From: Opitutales bacterium
GTDB taxonomy: Bacteria; Verrucomicrobiota; Verrucomicrobiia; Opitutales; UBA953
Length of the DNA stretch: 37,860 nucleotides
Assembly: GCA_032120295.1 (NCBI GenBank)
Contig: JAUMEU010000194.1
Span: 1 to 37,860, forward strand
Direction of reading: 5' to 3'
Shown one piece after another: positions 6,713 through 15,918 of the stretch; within the stretch, counting starts at the first letter, position 1; each line of letters starts with the position of its first letter. A program made the translations under genes and the position numbers. The notes under the pieces were generated by a model. It was not told the DNA's origin. It ran no database searches and was given only the letters and a program-made list of their open reading frames with translations.

Positions 6713-8104
6713 ATGAAACTGCTCAAGACCTCCCTCCTCCTCGCCGCCGCGACCGCCACGCAACTCGATGCGGCGACCTACAATGTCAACTGGTCGAATG
6801 GTGCGGGAACCACCGCCGTCGGCACCTTGGACATCAACACCAGCCTGCTGAACAACGGTGGGAACAATGTAAGCGGCGGAGCTTGGTTGACCGGAATGAA
6901 CATCACAATCGCAGGCGCCAGCCTAAGCATGATGGGTGGCGGAACCAATGGCACCTTCACTCTCAACCCTGGAGTTAATTACGCATCACTTAACTTCTCC
7001 AGCGCGGTAAACCTAAATGCCGAAATCGTCGGCCAAGCTGGCTTTCAGGAACTTGATGTCACCCTTGATAGCTTTAACTGGCACAGTCACGGCAATAGCA
7101 GCCTTTCGAATGACTGGGACCCCGACCTGCAGCTGACATCCTTCATCCTCGCTGGCCCCTCCGGCGTCACCGACTTCGTCGACTGGATGTCCTCGGTGAA
7201 CAACCAGAACCGCGTCTACGCCGCGGGTACGACTCTCGCCAGCCTGCCGCTCGAAGGCGCCCACCACCGTCCGATGATGTCCTTCGACCGCATGGGCAAG
7301 GACGCCCAGTTCTGGGCCACCGGCGACTTCGGCTCCAGCTCCCGCGTCCGTGACGTCAAGGTGACCTCCGGTGAAGTGGGCGTGAACAAGGATATCGGAC
7401 CGAACACGCTCGCCGGCTTCGCCATCGGTCGCGGCCAGCAGAACCAGGACCTCGCGCTCGACGGCTCCAACAACGTCATCGGCAACTACTTCCTCGGCGA
7501 GATCGACTACCGCCCCTTCGGCAGCCAGTGGATCGTCTCCCTGCTCGGCATGGTCGGCTCCTGGGACGCCAAGATCAACCGCGGCTACAGCAATGGCGGC
7601 TCGACCGACTACTCCCTCGGCCAGACCGACATCATCACCCGCTCCGCCCGTCTCCGCGTCGACGCCCCGGTGCTCTTCTCCGTCGCCGGCTTCGGCTTCT
7701 CGCCCTACGCCTCCTACGCCGTCACCCAGACCACCGTCGATGCTTACACCGAGAACGGTGGCGGCCTCCCGGCCTCCTACGACGAGCAGCAGCACAACGC
7801 CACCGAGGCCCGCCTCGGCATGATGGCCACCAATGTCATCAACGAGAAGCTCAAGCTCATCATCAGCGTCGAAGGCATCCATCGCTTCGACGGAGCCGGT
7901 CCGGCCCTCACCGGCCAAGACATCACCGGATCGGTCGGCTTCAGCCTGCCCGGCCAGGCCCCGCGCCCGGATTGCGTGCGCCTCGGCGTCGACGTCGACT
8001 ACAAGCTCGCCGCCGACACCCTACTCAACGTCTCGGCCCACGCTTCGACCGTCGGCGAAGTCGCCGACGTCTCCGGCGCCATCAGCATCCGCCGCGCGTT
8101 CTGA
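6713..8104 (+). CDS. autotransporter outer-membrane protein (short passenger plus beta-barrel translocator)
   Basis: 463 aa with signal peptide MKLLKTSLLLAAATATQLDA and a Gly/Asn/Ser/Thr-rich passenger of about 170 aa. The C-terminal beta domain ends in the aromatic residue ...DVSGAISIRRAF. That domain is clearly paralogous to residues about 370-648 of the 28981..30927 protein (EGAHHRP, WATGD/WVTGD, SGAIS(I/L)RR(A/G)F). Confidence 0.8.
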   Translation: MKLLKTSLLLAAATATQLDAATYNVNWSNGAGTTAVGTLDINTSLLNNGGNNVSGGAWLTGMNITIAGASLSMMGGGTNGTFTLNPGVNYASLNFSSAVNLNAEIVGQAGFQELDVTLDSFNWHSHGNSSLSNDWDPDLQLTSFILAGPSGVTDFVDWMSSVNNQNRVYAAGTTLASLPLEGAHHRPMMSFDRMGKDAQFWATGDFGSSSRVRDVKVTSGEVGVNKDIGPNTLAGFAIGRGQQNQDLALDGSNNVIGNYFLGEIDYRPFGSQWIVSLLGMVGSWDAKINRGYSNGGSTDYSLGQTDIITRSARLRVDAPVLFSVAGFGFSPYASYAVTQTTVDAYTENGGGLPASYDEQQHNATEARLGMMATNVINEKLKLIISVEGIHRFDGAGPALTGQDITGSVGFSLPGQAPRPDCVRLGVDVDYKLAADTLLNVSAHASTVGEVADVSGAISIRRAF

Positions 8105-8159
8105 ACGCGACGCAACGCGTCGCGAGGGGATGCGTGGGCAAGTTGACATGGATCAAGAC
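8102..8159 (+). repeat. stop-codon-abutting 3' element (K2)
   Basis: TGAACGCGACGCAACGCGTCGCGAGGGGATGCGTGGGCAAGTTGACATGGATCAAGAC. It contains the hairpin CGCGACGC/aac/GCGTCGCG and the core GTGGGCAAGTTGACA. Homologous copies lie at 19355 (+) and 28911-28983 (-). Confidence 0.75.
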
Positions 8160-8185
8160 AGGCCGCCCATCTGGGCGGCTTTTTC
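8160..8185 (+). terminator. rho-independent terminator (module T, copy 3)
   Basis: GGCCGCCCA-TC-TGGGCGGC followed by TTTTT. Confidence 0.8.
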
Positions 8186-8202
8186 GTTGGGCGCGTTCGC
8201 AA

Positions 8203-8258
8203 GATAGGGCTGACGGCCCTTGATCAGCAGCGGTTGAGCGAGGGCGCTCAACCCTACC
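8203..8258 (+). repeat. REP-like double hairpin (H1+H2), copy 2
   Basis: GATAGGGCTGACGGCCCTTGATCAGCAGCGGTTGAGCGAGGGCGCTCAACCCTACC. Confidence 0.8.
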
Positions 8259-8286
8259 CAAAGCCCAACTGAAAGGACGACCGCAG

Positions 8287-8315
8287 CTAGCTCGGCACGC
8301 AGTGCTGTCCCTGCC
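8287..8315. repeat. REP-like hairpin, H3 type (imperfect)
   Basis: CTAGCT-CGGCAC/GCAG/GTGCTG-TCCCTGCC, immediately downstream of the minus-strand stop at 8321. Confidence 0.65.
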
Positions 8316-8320
8316 TCTGG

Positions 8321-9328
8321 TTACTTCACCACTTCCGAGCGTGCCTTGGCGAGGATGTCGGCGAGCTTCACTTCGGCGCCACCCTGACGCTTGCTCTCGT
8401 CGGCGGCTTCCATGAACGCATAGAGCTCGAGCGTCTCCTCCGGGCTCACCGGCGCCTTACCCGAGCGGAACATCTTCACGATCGCCTCAAGCAGCACTTC
8501 GTAGCCGTCGAACTTGCCGATGTTCGCTTCACCTTTCTCGCCGACGGCCTGGCCGCCGTAAGGCCCACCCTTGGCCTTGCGGTCCGCTTCGCGGAAGATG
8601 CCCACGCGGCCGTCGCCCCAATTGCCCGTGACCTGGATCAGGCCTTCGGCGGTCTTATCTCGCTTCACGGAGACACAGCCCGTGCCCATGACCGTGTAGA
8701 GGCTTTCGCAACCGTGGACGCCATACCAGTAGAGATCGGGATGGTGCGGCTCGAGGCTGGCAGGGCTGGTCGCGTAGGCCGACTTAACCTTGCCGACGGA
8801 GCCTTGCGCGACGGCCTGCGTGCCGGCGGCGAAGCGGAGGGATGAAGAACAGAAATAGGTCGCGCCGGCCTTCTTCGCGGCTTCCTGGATGCGGAGGACG
8901 TCGGCGAGGGAGCCGGCGATCGGCTTGTCGATGAAGACGGGTTTGCCGGCCTTGAGCACCGGCAGCAGCTGCTCGAGATGCACCCGGCCGTCGTTCGACT
9001 CCAGGAGCACGCAGTCGACCTGCGCGCAGAGCTGCTCGATCGACCCGACGATCTCCACGCCCATGGCCTGGAGTTTCGCCGTGTATTCCGGGACGCGGGA
9101 GGTGCTCTCCGGGATATCCTTGCTGCCTCGGGCGAAGGCGTGCGTCACGCGGAAGCCGGCGAACTTGGCCGTATCGGCCGGATTCTTAGGGCCTTTATTG
9201 AAGACCGTCGTGAAGGCCACGACGTGCGAGGTGTCCAGACCGATGATGCCGACCTTCTTCGGCGCCTCTTCGGCGCAGAGGGACGTGATGAAGGCGAGCG
9301 CGTAGACGCAGAGACGGGGTAAGCTCAT
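8321..9328 (-). CDS. secreted Gfo/Idh/MocA family oxidoreductase
   Basis: N-terminal Rossmann motif KVGIIGLDTSHVVAF follows signal peptide MSLPRLCVYALAFITSLCA. I prefer the ATG at 9328 (Met27 of the listed 8321..9406 ORF), because the longer form would overlap the upstream LysE gene. Confidence 0.8.
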   Translation of the reverse strand: MSLPRLCVYALAFITSLCAEEAPKKVGIIGLDTSHVVAFTTVFNKGPKNPADTAKFAGFRVTHAFARGSKDIPESTSRVPEYTAKLQAMGVEIVGSIEQLCAQVDCVLLESNDGRVHLEQLLPVLKAGKPVFIDKPIAGSLADVLRIQEAAKKAGATYFCSSSLRFAAGTQAVAQGSVGKVKSAYATSPASLEPHHPDLYWYGVHGCESLYTVMGTGCVSVKRDKTAEGLIQVTGNWGDGRVGIFREADRKAKGGPYGGQAVGEKGEANIGKFDGYEVLLEAIVKMFRSGKAPVSPEETLELYAFMEAADESKRQGGAEVKLADILAKARSEVVK

Positions 9329-9378
9329 GCCTATGGGTAATTCCTGACGGCCCCGGAGACAAGCCCGCGGGCCGTCGG

Positions 9379-10011
9379 TTAATGCGAACCTTCGAGCAAT
9401 TGCCACACCCGCCAGGCCATCAGCAGTCCCAGGGCCGTCCAGAGCACCCCGAGCGCACGGTCGACCCAGCGGATCGTGGCGGCGTCCTTGAGGCGCAAGC
9501 GCAAGCGGTCACCGAGGAAGGCGTATAAACTCATCACGCCGACTTCCGCCCCCAGCGTGCACAACAGGAAGACGCCGGTGGTCGACCACGCGAACCCATC
9601 GGTCGGCACGCTCGCGGCCTGGATGATGACGAGGAAGAACGGGATCGTCTTCGGGTTCGAGAAGTTCACCCACGCGCCCCGCAGGAAAAGCCGGGCCGCG
9701 CCGCCTTCGAGTCCGGCGGACTCCGGCAGGCTCGTGCGCGGACGGACCAGATGCTGGAAGCCAAGATACAGGAAGTAAGCCATCCCGGCGGCCGCGACGG
9801 CGGTGAGCGCGTGCGGAGCCTGCTGCGCCAGCCACTGCGTGCCGAAGAGCGCCAGGAAAAGGTGCGGAGTCTCGCCGACGGCGAGGCCGAGCGTATGCCA
9901 GGCGGCGCGGCGCTTACCGTAACGGAGCGAGGTCTCGATGGTCGACAACGCCGCCGGCCCGGGCGAGAGGCTCGCGGTCAGGCAGGAGGCGATGAGCAGC
10001 CCGACGTGCAT
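9379..10011 (-). CDS. LysE/RhtB family amino-acid efflux protein
   Basis: 210 aa with about six hydrophobic segments. The N-terminus (LSPGPAAL...) and length are typical of LysE-type translocators. It starts 7 nt after the argH stop. Confidence 0.75.
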   Translation of the reverse strand: MHVGLLIASCLTASLSPGPAALSTIETSLRYGKRRAAWHTLGLAVGETPHLFLALFGTQWLAQQAPHALTAVAAAGMAYFLYLGFQHLVRPRTSLPESAGLEGGAARLFLRGAWVNFSNPKTIPFFLVIIQAASVPTDGFAWSTTGVFLLCTLGAEVGVMSLYAFLGDRLRLRLKDAATIRWVDRALGVLWTALGLLMAWRVWQLLEGSH

Positions 10012-10017
10012 CCGCGC

Positions 10018-11424
10018 TCAGCGCAGGGCTTGCTTCCAGCGCGCGATCTCGCGGGCGACGGCCTTAGGGCCGGGCATGCCCGTATTCTCACGCGCGGCGA
10101 AACCACGCTGGAGACTGAAGACTTCGCGCCAGCCCTTCGTGAATTCCTTGTCGGCCGTCAGCGCGGCGGCGTCGGAAAGCTTGTCGAGCGGCACGCCGGA
10201 CTTCTCCGCGAGCGCGACGAGGCGACCGACCGCGTGGTGCGCGTGGCGGAACGGCATGCCCTTGCGGACGAGCCAGTCGGCGAGGTCGGTGGCGAGGAGC
10301 GCGGGGTCGGACGCGGCGGCGAGGCAGCGGGCCTTATGGAACTTCGTGCCCGCGAGCGTGGCGGCGGCCACCGCGACGGACAGGATGAGCTGGTCGGCGG
10401 CGTCGAAGAGCGGCGGCTTGTCGTCCTGCAGGTCGCGATTATACGTGAGCGGCAGGCCCTTGGTGAGCGCGAGCAGGTGCGTGAGCGAAGCCTGGAAGCG
10501 GGCGGCCTTGCCACGGAGCAATTCCATCGAATCGGGATTACGCTTCTGCGGCATCAGCGACGAACCCGTCGAGAACTCGTCGGGCATGCGCGCGAAGCCG
10601 AACTCGGCGGAGGACCAGAGGACCATGTCCTCGGCGAGGCGGGAGAGGTGCACGCCGCAGAGGGCGGCGGCGAAGCAGAACTCCGTGGCCGGATCGCGGT
10701 CGGCGACGGCGTCCATGGAATTACGCGTGACCTGCGGGCGGCCCTTCTCGTCGACGAAGCCGAGCAGCTTCGCGGTGACTTCGCGGCGGATCGGCAGGGT
10801 CGTGCCGGCGATGGCGCCGGAGCCGAGCGGGCACCAGTTGGCGGAAGCCTTGGCGGCGGCGAGACGCACGCGGTCGCGGCCGAACATCTCGGCGTAGGCG
10901 AGGAGGTGGTGGGCGGCGGAGACCGGCTGGGCGCGCTGCAGGTGCGTGTAGCCCGGCAGGATCACGTCGGCGTTGGCCTCGGCGAGCTTCACCAAGGTCT
11001 TGAGCAAGGCGACGAGGGCTTCATCGGCGGCGTCGCACTGGTCCTTGATCCAGAGGCGGACGTCGGTGGCGACCTGGTCGTTACGCGAACGGGCCGTGTG
11101 CAGCTTGGCGGCGGCCGGGACGCGCTTCGTGAGCGCGCTCTCGATGTTCATGTGCACGTCCTCGAGGTCGCGGCTCCAGACGAACTTGCCGGCGGCGATC
11201 TCCTTGGCGATGGCGTCGAGCCCGCGCAGGATCGCGTCACGCTCCGTCTTGGTCAGGATACCGGCCTGGGCGAGCATCGTGGCGTGCGCCTTCGAACCGC
11301 GGATATCCTGGGCCCAGAGACGATGGTCAAACGAGACGGACTCGCCGAAACGCAGCATCAGTTCGGCAGGACCGGCGCTGAACCGGCCGCCCCAGGTGGC
11401 CTGGGCTTTCTTCCGTGCGGACAT
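10018..11424 (-). CDS. argH: argininosuccinate lyase
   Basis: Shows WGGRFS near the N-terminus, the fumarate-lyase signature [12 protein letters not shown], and [19 protein letters not shown] prefer the start at Met14 of the listed ORF (MSARKK..., nt 11424). The alternative is 11463. Confidence 0.93.
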   Translation of the reverse strand: MSARKKAQATWGGRFSAGPAELMLRFGESVSFDHRLWAQDIRGSKAHATMLAQAGILTKTERDAILRGLDAIAKEIAAGKFVWSRDLEDVHMNIESALTKRVPAAAKLHTARSRNDQVATDVRLWIKDQCDAADEALVALLKTLVKLAEANADVILPGYTHLQRAQPVSAAHHLLAYAEMFGRDRVRLAAAKASANWCPLGSGAIAGTTLPIRREVTAKLLGFVDEKGRPQVTRNSMDAVADRDPATEFCFAAALCGVHLSRLAEDMVLWSSAEFGFARMPDEFSTGSSLMPQKRNPDSMELLRGKAARFQASLTHLLALTKGLPLTYNRDLQDDKPPLFDAADQLILSVAVAAATLAGTKFHKARCLAAASDPALLATDLADWLVRKGMPFRHAHHAVGRLVALAEKSGVPLDKLSDAAALTADKEFTKGWREVFSLQRGFAARENTGMPGPKAVAREIARWKQALR

Positions 11425-11469
11425 GACGAACCAATGCCCGCGAGAGGGCGAACAGGCAAGCAAGGACGC

Positions 11470-11841
11470 TCAGCGGACGGCCGGAGCGGGCGCGGGCTGG
11501 GCCGCCGGCTTGGCGGGCGTGGCCATGCCACGGGAGCCGTCGACGCGGATCACGATCTCGCCGGGCTCGGCGACGCCCATGCGTTCGCGGGCCTGGTCAC
11601 GGACGAACTCTGGGTCACGCCCGAAACGGTCGATGTAGCGGTCAGTCTGCGCGCGCGCGCGTTCGAGCGCCGCGAAGGCCTGCTCCTTCTGATGTTCGCT
11701 GGCGCGCAGGCCTTCGAGGCGGGCGACTTCGTCGCCATAGGTCGACCAAGTGAAGGCGAGGACGGTGCAGAAGAGGATGAACGAAGCCCAGAGAAACAGC
11801 TTCTCGGTCTGAGGGTTGCGGGAAGAAGGCTCGCTATCCAT
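11470..11841 (-). CDS. septum formation initiator (FtsB/DivIC-like) family protein
   Basis: 123 aa with a single N-terminal TM (LFLWASFILFCTVLAFTW) followed by a coiled coil and the motif Y(I/V)xxxAR(E)xxG(V/M)xxPGE typical of FtsB/DivIC. Confidence 0.7.
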   Translation of the reverse strand: MDSEPSSRNPQTEKLFLWASFILFCTVLAFTWSTYGDEVARLEGLRASEHQKEQAFAALERARAQTDRYIDRFGRDPEFVRDQARERMGVAEPGEIVIRVDGSRGMATPAKPAAQPAPAPAVR

Positions 11842-11898
11842 GACGACCGCGGAAGTGAAAGCGGAAATCCACTACGGGGCGAGGGGAAAATGGGTCGT

Positions 11899-12384
11899 TC
11901 ACTTCACCGTCGCGGCGACCGCCGCCAGGGAGCCGCTGAACTCCATGAAGGCCCAGACGATGACGCCGGTGACGGAGACGTAGAGCCAGACCGGGAAGAC
12001 CCAGCGCGTGAGCCGCTTGTGCTCCTCGAAGCGGCCGGCCTTGGCCAGCCAGACGGCGCGGAGGACGAACGGGGTGACGACGATGGCCAGGATGACGTGC
12101 GGGATCAGGATGAAGAGGTAGAGTCCCTTGAGGCCGGCCCAGACCGAGGCGGGGTCGGGGGCGTAGGTGACGTTGGTCCGGCCGAGGGCCACCCAGAGAT
12201 GGACCTTAGAGGCGAGGTAGACCGCCAGGAAGAAGGCCGAAGTGATGACCGCCCACTTCATGGCCTTGCCATGGCCTTCGCGGTCCCCGGCCTTGATCCG
12301 GAAGATGCCAATCAGCAGGAAGACCGTGGCCAGGCCGTTGAGGCCGGCGACGGCTCGGGAGAGGAGTTCGGTGGTGGAGGCCAT
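11899..12384 (-). CDS. DUF420 family membrane protein
   Basis: 161 aa with four TM segments. The block GDREGHGKAMKWAVITSAFFLAVYL and later HV/HK positions resemble DUF420 (YozB/CtaM-like). The family name is from memory. Confidence 0.6.
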   Translation of the reverse strand: MASTTELLSRAVAGLNGLATVFLLIGIFRIKAGDREGHGKAMKWAVITSAFFLAVYLASKVHLWVALGRTNVTYAPDPASVWAGLKGLYLFILIPHVILAIVVTPFVLRAVWLAKAGRFEEHKRLTRWVFPVWLYVSVTGVIVWAFMEFSGSLAAVAATVK

Positions 12385-12489
12385 GCCCCAGCAGAAGGGG
12401 TTTCACGGGAAAAGCCAACCCCTTCCCCTCCCCGGAGCCTCCGGCCACCCGTAACTAATCCCTGCCCCCGCGGTTTGATAATATAACCG

Positions 12490-13461
12490 ATGAACGCCCC
12501 ACTCCTCACCCTGCTGGCGGCGACCCTCCTCGCCGCCGGCCCCGCCCTGAAGCCGGCCGACAGCGCCCCGCCCGCCCAGAACAAGGTCACGATCACCGTC
12601 CGCGGTGATAAGCGGATCATCGAGTCCAACGGCATCCCGGACCATCAGGTGGCCGCTTTCCCCAACCGGGGGAACCCCAACGCCATCTCCGAGCAGAAAT
12701 ACCGTCTCGAGGTGCCCGCCCACCCGCAGCCGGCGACCGCGCAGCCTGGCCGCTTCCCTTACGCCTGGGGTGTCGCCTTGAACGGCGTGGTCTTCGACCC
12801 GGGTACCGCCGAAGTCTATAACGACGGCGACCGGAGCAACCCTTGGCGCTATGAGGCGCTCAAGAGCAATACCGAGATGGGCACCACCCCGCGGATCCCG
12901 ACCGGCCTCGGCCTCGACCAGAACCACGGCCACGTCCAACCCAACGGCGCCTACCACTATCATGGACTTCCCACCCTGCTCATCGCCCGGCTCTCCGGCG
13001 GCGAGCAAAAGATGACCCACGTCGGCTGGGCGGCCGACGGCTATCCGGTCTACGCCGTCTATGCTTACGTTAATCCGGCCGACCCGAAGAGCGGAGTCAA
13101 AGCCATGAAGAGCAACTATCGCTTGAAGACGGCCGATCGCGGCGGCGACGGTAAGGATTCTCCCACCGGTAAGCCCGACGGCTCGTTCGGCCTCGACTAC
13201 GAATACGTGCCGGGGCACGGCGACCTCGATGAGTTCGGCGGACGCACGGGCGTGACCCCGGAATTTCCGCAGGGCACCTATTACTACATGCTGACCGAGG
13301 AGTTCCCCTTCATTCCGCGTAAGCTCAAAGGCACGCCGGATCCTTCGTTCAACAAGATGCGTATGGACGCGCATGCGAACCTCGGCGGGCAGAGCGGACC
13401 TGGCGCCAAGGGTAAAGGAAAAGGCAAGAAGGGCCCTCCTCCCGGCGGCGAACCAAAATAA
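12490..13461 (+). CDS. secreted YHYH-motif protein
   Basis: 323 aa with signal peptide MNAPLLTLLAATLLAAGPA, the literal motif NGAYHYHGLP and a Gly/Lys/Pro-rich tail. Confidence 0.7.
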   Translation: MNAPLLTLLAATLLAAGPALKPADSAPPAQNKVTITVRGDKRIIESNGIPDHQVAAFPNRGNPNAISEQKYRLEVPAHPQPATAQPGRFPYAWGVALNGVVFDPGTAEVYNDGDRSNPWRYEALKSNTEMGTTPRIPTGLGLDQNHGHVQPNGAYHYHGLPTLLIARLSGGEQKMTHVGWAADGYPVYAVYAYVNPADPKSGVKAMKSNYRLKTADRGGDGKDSPTGKPDGSFGLDYEYVPGHGDLDEFGGRTGVTPEFPQGTYYYMLTEEFPFIPRKLKGTPDPSFNKMRMDAHANLGGQSGPGAKGKGKGKKGPPPGGEPK

Positions 13462-13667
13462 AGTACGCGCCATTGAGCCGGCGGCATGGGCGGCGATTTT
13501 CTCGCTAGGTTTCGTCGGCGCGCCCCCGCAGGAAGGTGGTCCGTTGCGCGGATGGCACCGGAAGCGAACCATAATGCGACGCCGGGGGCGCTTTTCCGCG
13601 GGACCAGGGGGCCTAAACTCGTCAAAGCAGTTGCGAAAGCCCACCTCCCCATCTACCTACGGAACAG

Positions 13668-14648
13668 ATGTCTACCCCTTCCCCCGAGCGACCTGCGGAC
13701 GGTTTATTCCGTGCTCTGATCCGCTGGTTCGATGCGGACTACATCCCGGAAGGAATCGAAGCATTACAGAACACCCCCAAGAAGGTCGACTGGGCCCGCT
13801 CCATCCCGTTCATCCTGCTCCATCTGGCCTGCTTCGCCGTCATCTGGGTAGGCGCCAGCCCCATCGCCGTCTGGACCGCCGTCGGCCTCTACTTCTTCCG
13901 GATGTTCGCCATCACCGGCTTTCTCCACCGGTACTTCTCCCACAAGACCTACTCCACCTCCCGCGCCTTCCAGTTCGTGATGGCCGTCTGGACGGCCCTC
14001 GCCGTCCAACGAGGCGCCCTCTGGTGGGCCTGCACGCACCGCCACCACCATAAACACTCCGACGAAGAAGACGACAAGCACTCCCCTGTCGTCGACGGCT
14101 TCTGGTGGTCCCATATCGGCTGGATCACCGCGAAGAAGAACTTCCCGACCGACTACTCGAAGATCACCGACTTGGCGAAATACCCCGAGTTGGTCTTCCT
14201 CAATCGTTTCGATATCCTCATCCCGCTCCTCGCCGCGGCCGCGACCTACGGCGCCGGCGCCTGGCTAGGCGCGGCCGGCTACGACACCAACGGGCCGCAG
14301 ATGCTAGTCTGGGGCATCATCTCGACTGTCGTGCTCTTCCATGGCACCGGGTGCATCAACTCCCTCGCCCACGTCTTCGGAACCAAACGCTTCCACACCA
14401 CGGGCGACGAATCCCGCAATTCGTTCATCCTGACGCTCATCACCCTGGGCGAAGGCTGGCATAACAACCATCACCGCTACCAAGCCACGACGAAGCAGGG
14501 CTTCTATTGGTGGGAGTTTGATCCGACTTACTATGGCCTGAAGGTGATGTCCTGGCTGGGCTTGATCTGGGGCCTCAAGGGAGTGCCCGCCTCGATCTAC
14601 GAGGAGGCAGCGAAGGGTAAGACGGAAGCCTCCGCCCCCGGTGCGTGA
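13668..14648 (+). CDS. acyl-CoA/acyl-lipid (delta-9-type) fatty acid desaturase
   Basis: 326 aa with three His boxes: HRYFSH, HRHHHKHSD and HNNHHRY. Confidence 0.88.
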   Translation: MSTPSPERPADGLFRALIRWFDADYIPEGIEALQNTPKKVDWARSIPFILLHLACFAVIWVGASPIAVWTAVGLYFFRMFAITGFLHRYFSHKTYSTSRAFQFVMAVWTALAVQRGALWWACTHRHHHKHSDEEDDKHSPVVDGFWWSHIGWITAKKNFPTDYSKITDLAKYPELVFLNRFDILIPLLAAAATYGAGAWLGAAGYDTNGPQMLVWGIISTVVLFHGTGCINSLAHVFGTKRFHTTGDESRNSFILTLITLGEGWHNNHHRYQATTKQGFYWWEFDPTYYGLKVMSWLGLIWGLKGVPASIYEEAAKGKTEASAPGA

Positions 14649-15918
14649 ACGTATCGCCATCGTCGGCTCCGGCGTGAGCGGCCTCGGCTGCCTCCGCTTC
14701 CTGTGCGCCCATCACGACGTCACGCTCTTCGACCGCGACCTCCGTCCCGGCGGCCACGCCCACACGATCGATGTCTCCGAACCCGGCACGGGCCGCGCCC
14801 TGCCGATGGACACGGGCTTCATGGTCTTCAACGAGGTGACCTACCCGCACCTCTGCCGTCTGTTCAAGGAGCTGGGCGCGCAGCCGAAGAAGACTTCGAT
14901 GTCCTTCGCCGTCCGCCACGACCCGACCGGGCTGGAATGGTGCGGCAGCTCGCTGAACCACCTCTTTGCGCAGCGCCGCAACCTCTTCAGCCTGCGTTTC
15001 TGGAAACTGCTGCTGCAGATCAATAAGTTCAATAAGCTGGCCAAGACCGAGTGGCGTTCGACCGAGGCCGAGACGACTTCGCTCCGCGACTGGTGCGCCC
15101 AAAAAGGATTGGGCCAGGACTTCCTCGACCTCTACCTGATCCCCATGTCGGCCGCGGTCTGGTCGACGCCGGCGGAGAAGATGCTCGGCTTCCCCGCCGC
15201 CGCGCTGATGCGCTTCTTCCATAACCACGGCTTCCTCGGACTCGACACGCAGCACCAGTGGCTGACCCTCGAAGGTGGCTCCCGGACCTACGTCGAAGCC
15301 CTGCTCAAAGCCTGCCCCGCCGACTTTCGTTTCGGCCAGGGTGTGACCGCCGTCCGCCGCGACGGCGCGCAGGTCATCGTGACGACCGCCGCCGGCGAAG
15401 AGCGCTTCGACCGCGTGATCATGGCCTCGCACGCCGACACGACGCTGAAGCTGCTGACCGACGCCGACGCCGAGGAACGCCGCCTGCTCGGCGCCTTCGC
15501 CTATAACCAGAACCTCGCCATCGTGCATTCTGACATGGGGCCCCTGCCCCGTTCGGCCAAGGCCCGCTCCTCTTGGAACTACCGCACCTGGGCCAAGGAA
15601 GGGGGCCTGGCGACGTCGACCCATTACTGGATGAACTCCCTGCAGGGGCTCACGGACAAGGGCGACTTCGTCGTGACCATCAACCATCCCGAGCAGGTCG
15701 ACCCGGCGAAGGTGATCGTGACGATCCCGACGGAGCATCCGCTGTTCTCGCTCGAGGCCGTCGCCGCTCAGGCCGAAATCCCCGCGCTCAACGCCCGCCC
15801 TGGCGCGCGCGTGCATTTCGCCGGGGCCTGGCAGCGCCATGGTTTCCATGAAGACGGTTTCTGGTCCGCGCACCGCCTGTGCTCGCAGCTCCTCGGCCGC
15901 GACGCCTGGGCCGCCTGA
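14641..15918 (+). CDS. FAD/NAD(P)-dependent oxidoreductase (amine-oxidase/phytoene-desaturase-like)
   Basis: 425 aa with the dinucleotide-binding N-terminus IAIVGSGVSGLG...LFDRDLRPGGH. The GTG start overlaps the desaturase stop (GTGCGTGA). This family typically precedes DUF1365 and CFA-synthase-like genes. Confidence 0.82.
   Translation: MRERIAIVGSGVSGLGCLRFLCAHHDVTLFDRDLRPGGHAHTIDVSEPGTGRALPMDTGFMVFNEVTYPHLCRLFKELGAQPKKTSMSFAVRHDPTGLEWCGSSLNHLFAQRRNLFSLRFWKLLLQINKFNKLAKTEWRSTEAETTSLRDWCAQKGLGQDFLDLYLIPMSAAVWSTPAEKMLGFPAAALMRFFHNHGFLGLDTQHQWLTLEGGSRTYVEALLKACPADFRFGQGVTAVRRDGAQVIVTTAAGEERFDRVIMASHADTTLKLLTDADAEERRLLGAFAYNQNLAIVHSDMGPLPRSAKARSSWNYRTWAKEGGLATSTHYWMNSLQGLTDKGDFVVTINHPEQVDPAKVIVTIPTEHPLFSLEAVAAQAEIPALNARPGARVHFAGAWQRHGFHEDGFWSAHRLCSQLLGRDAWAA

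Noticed and set aside
9751-12486. 911-aa ORF on the plus strand, the longest ORF in the track.
   Set aside because: It lies antisense to four well-supported minus-strand genes (LysE, argH, ftsB-like, DUF420). Its translation is Arg/Gly/Ala/Glu/Asp-rich with no motifs. This is the typical shadow ORF of high-GC DNA, where stop codons are rare on the antisense strand.
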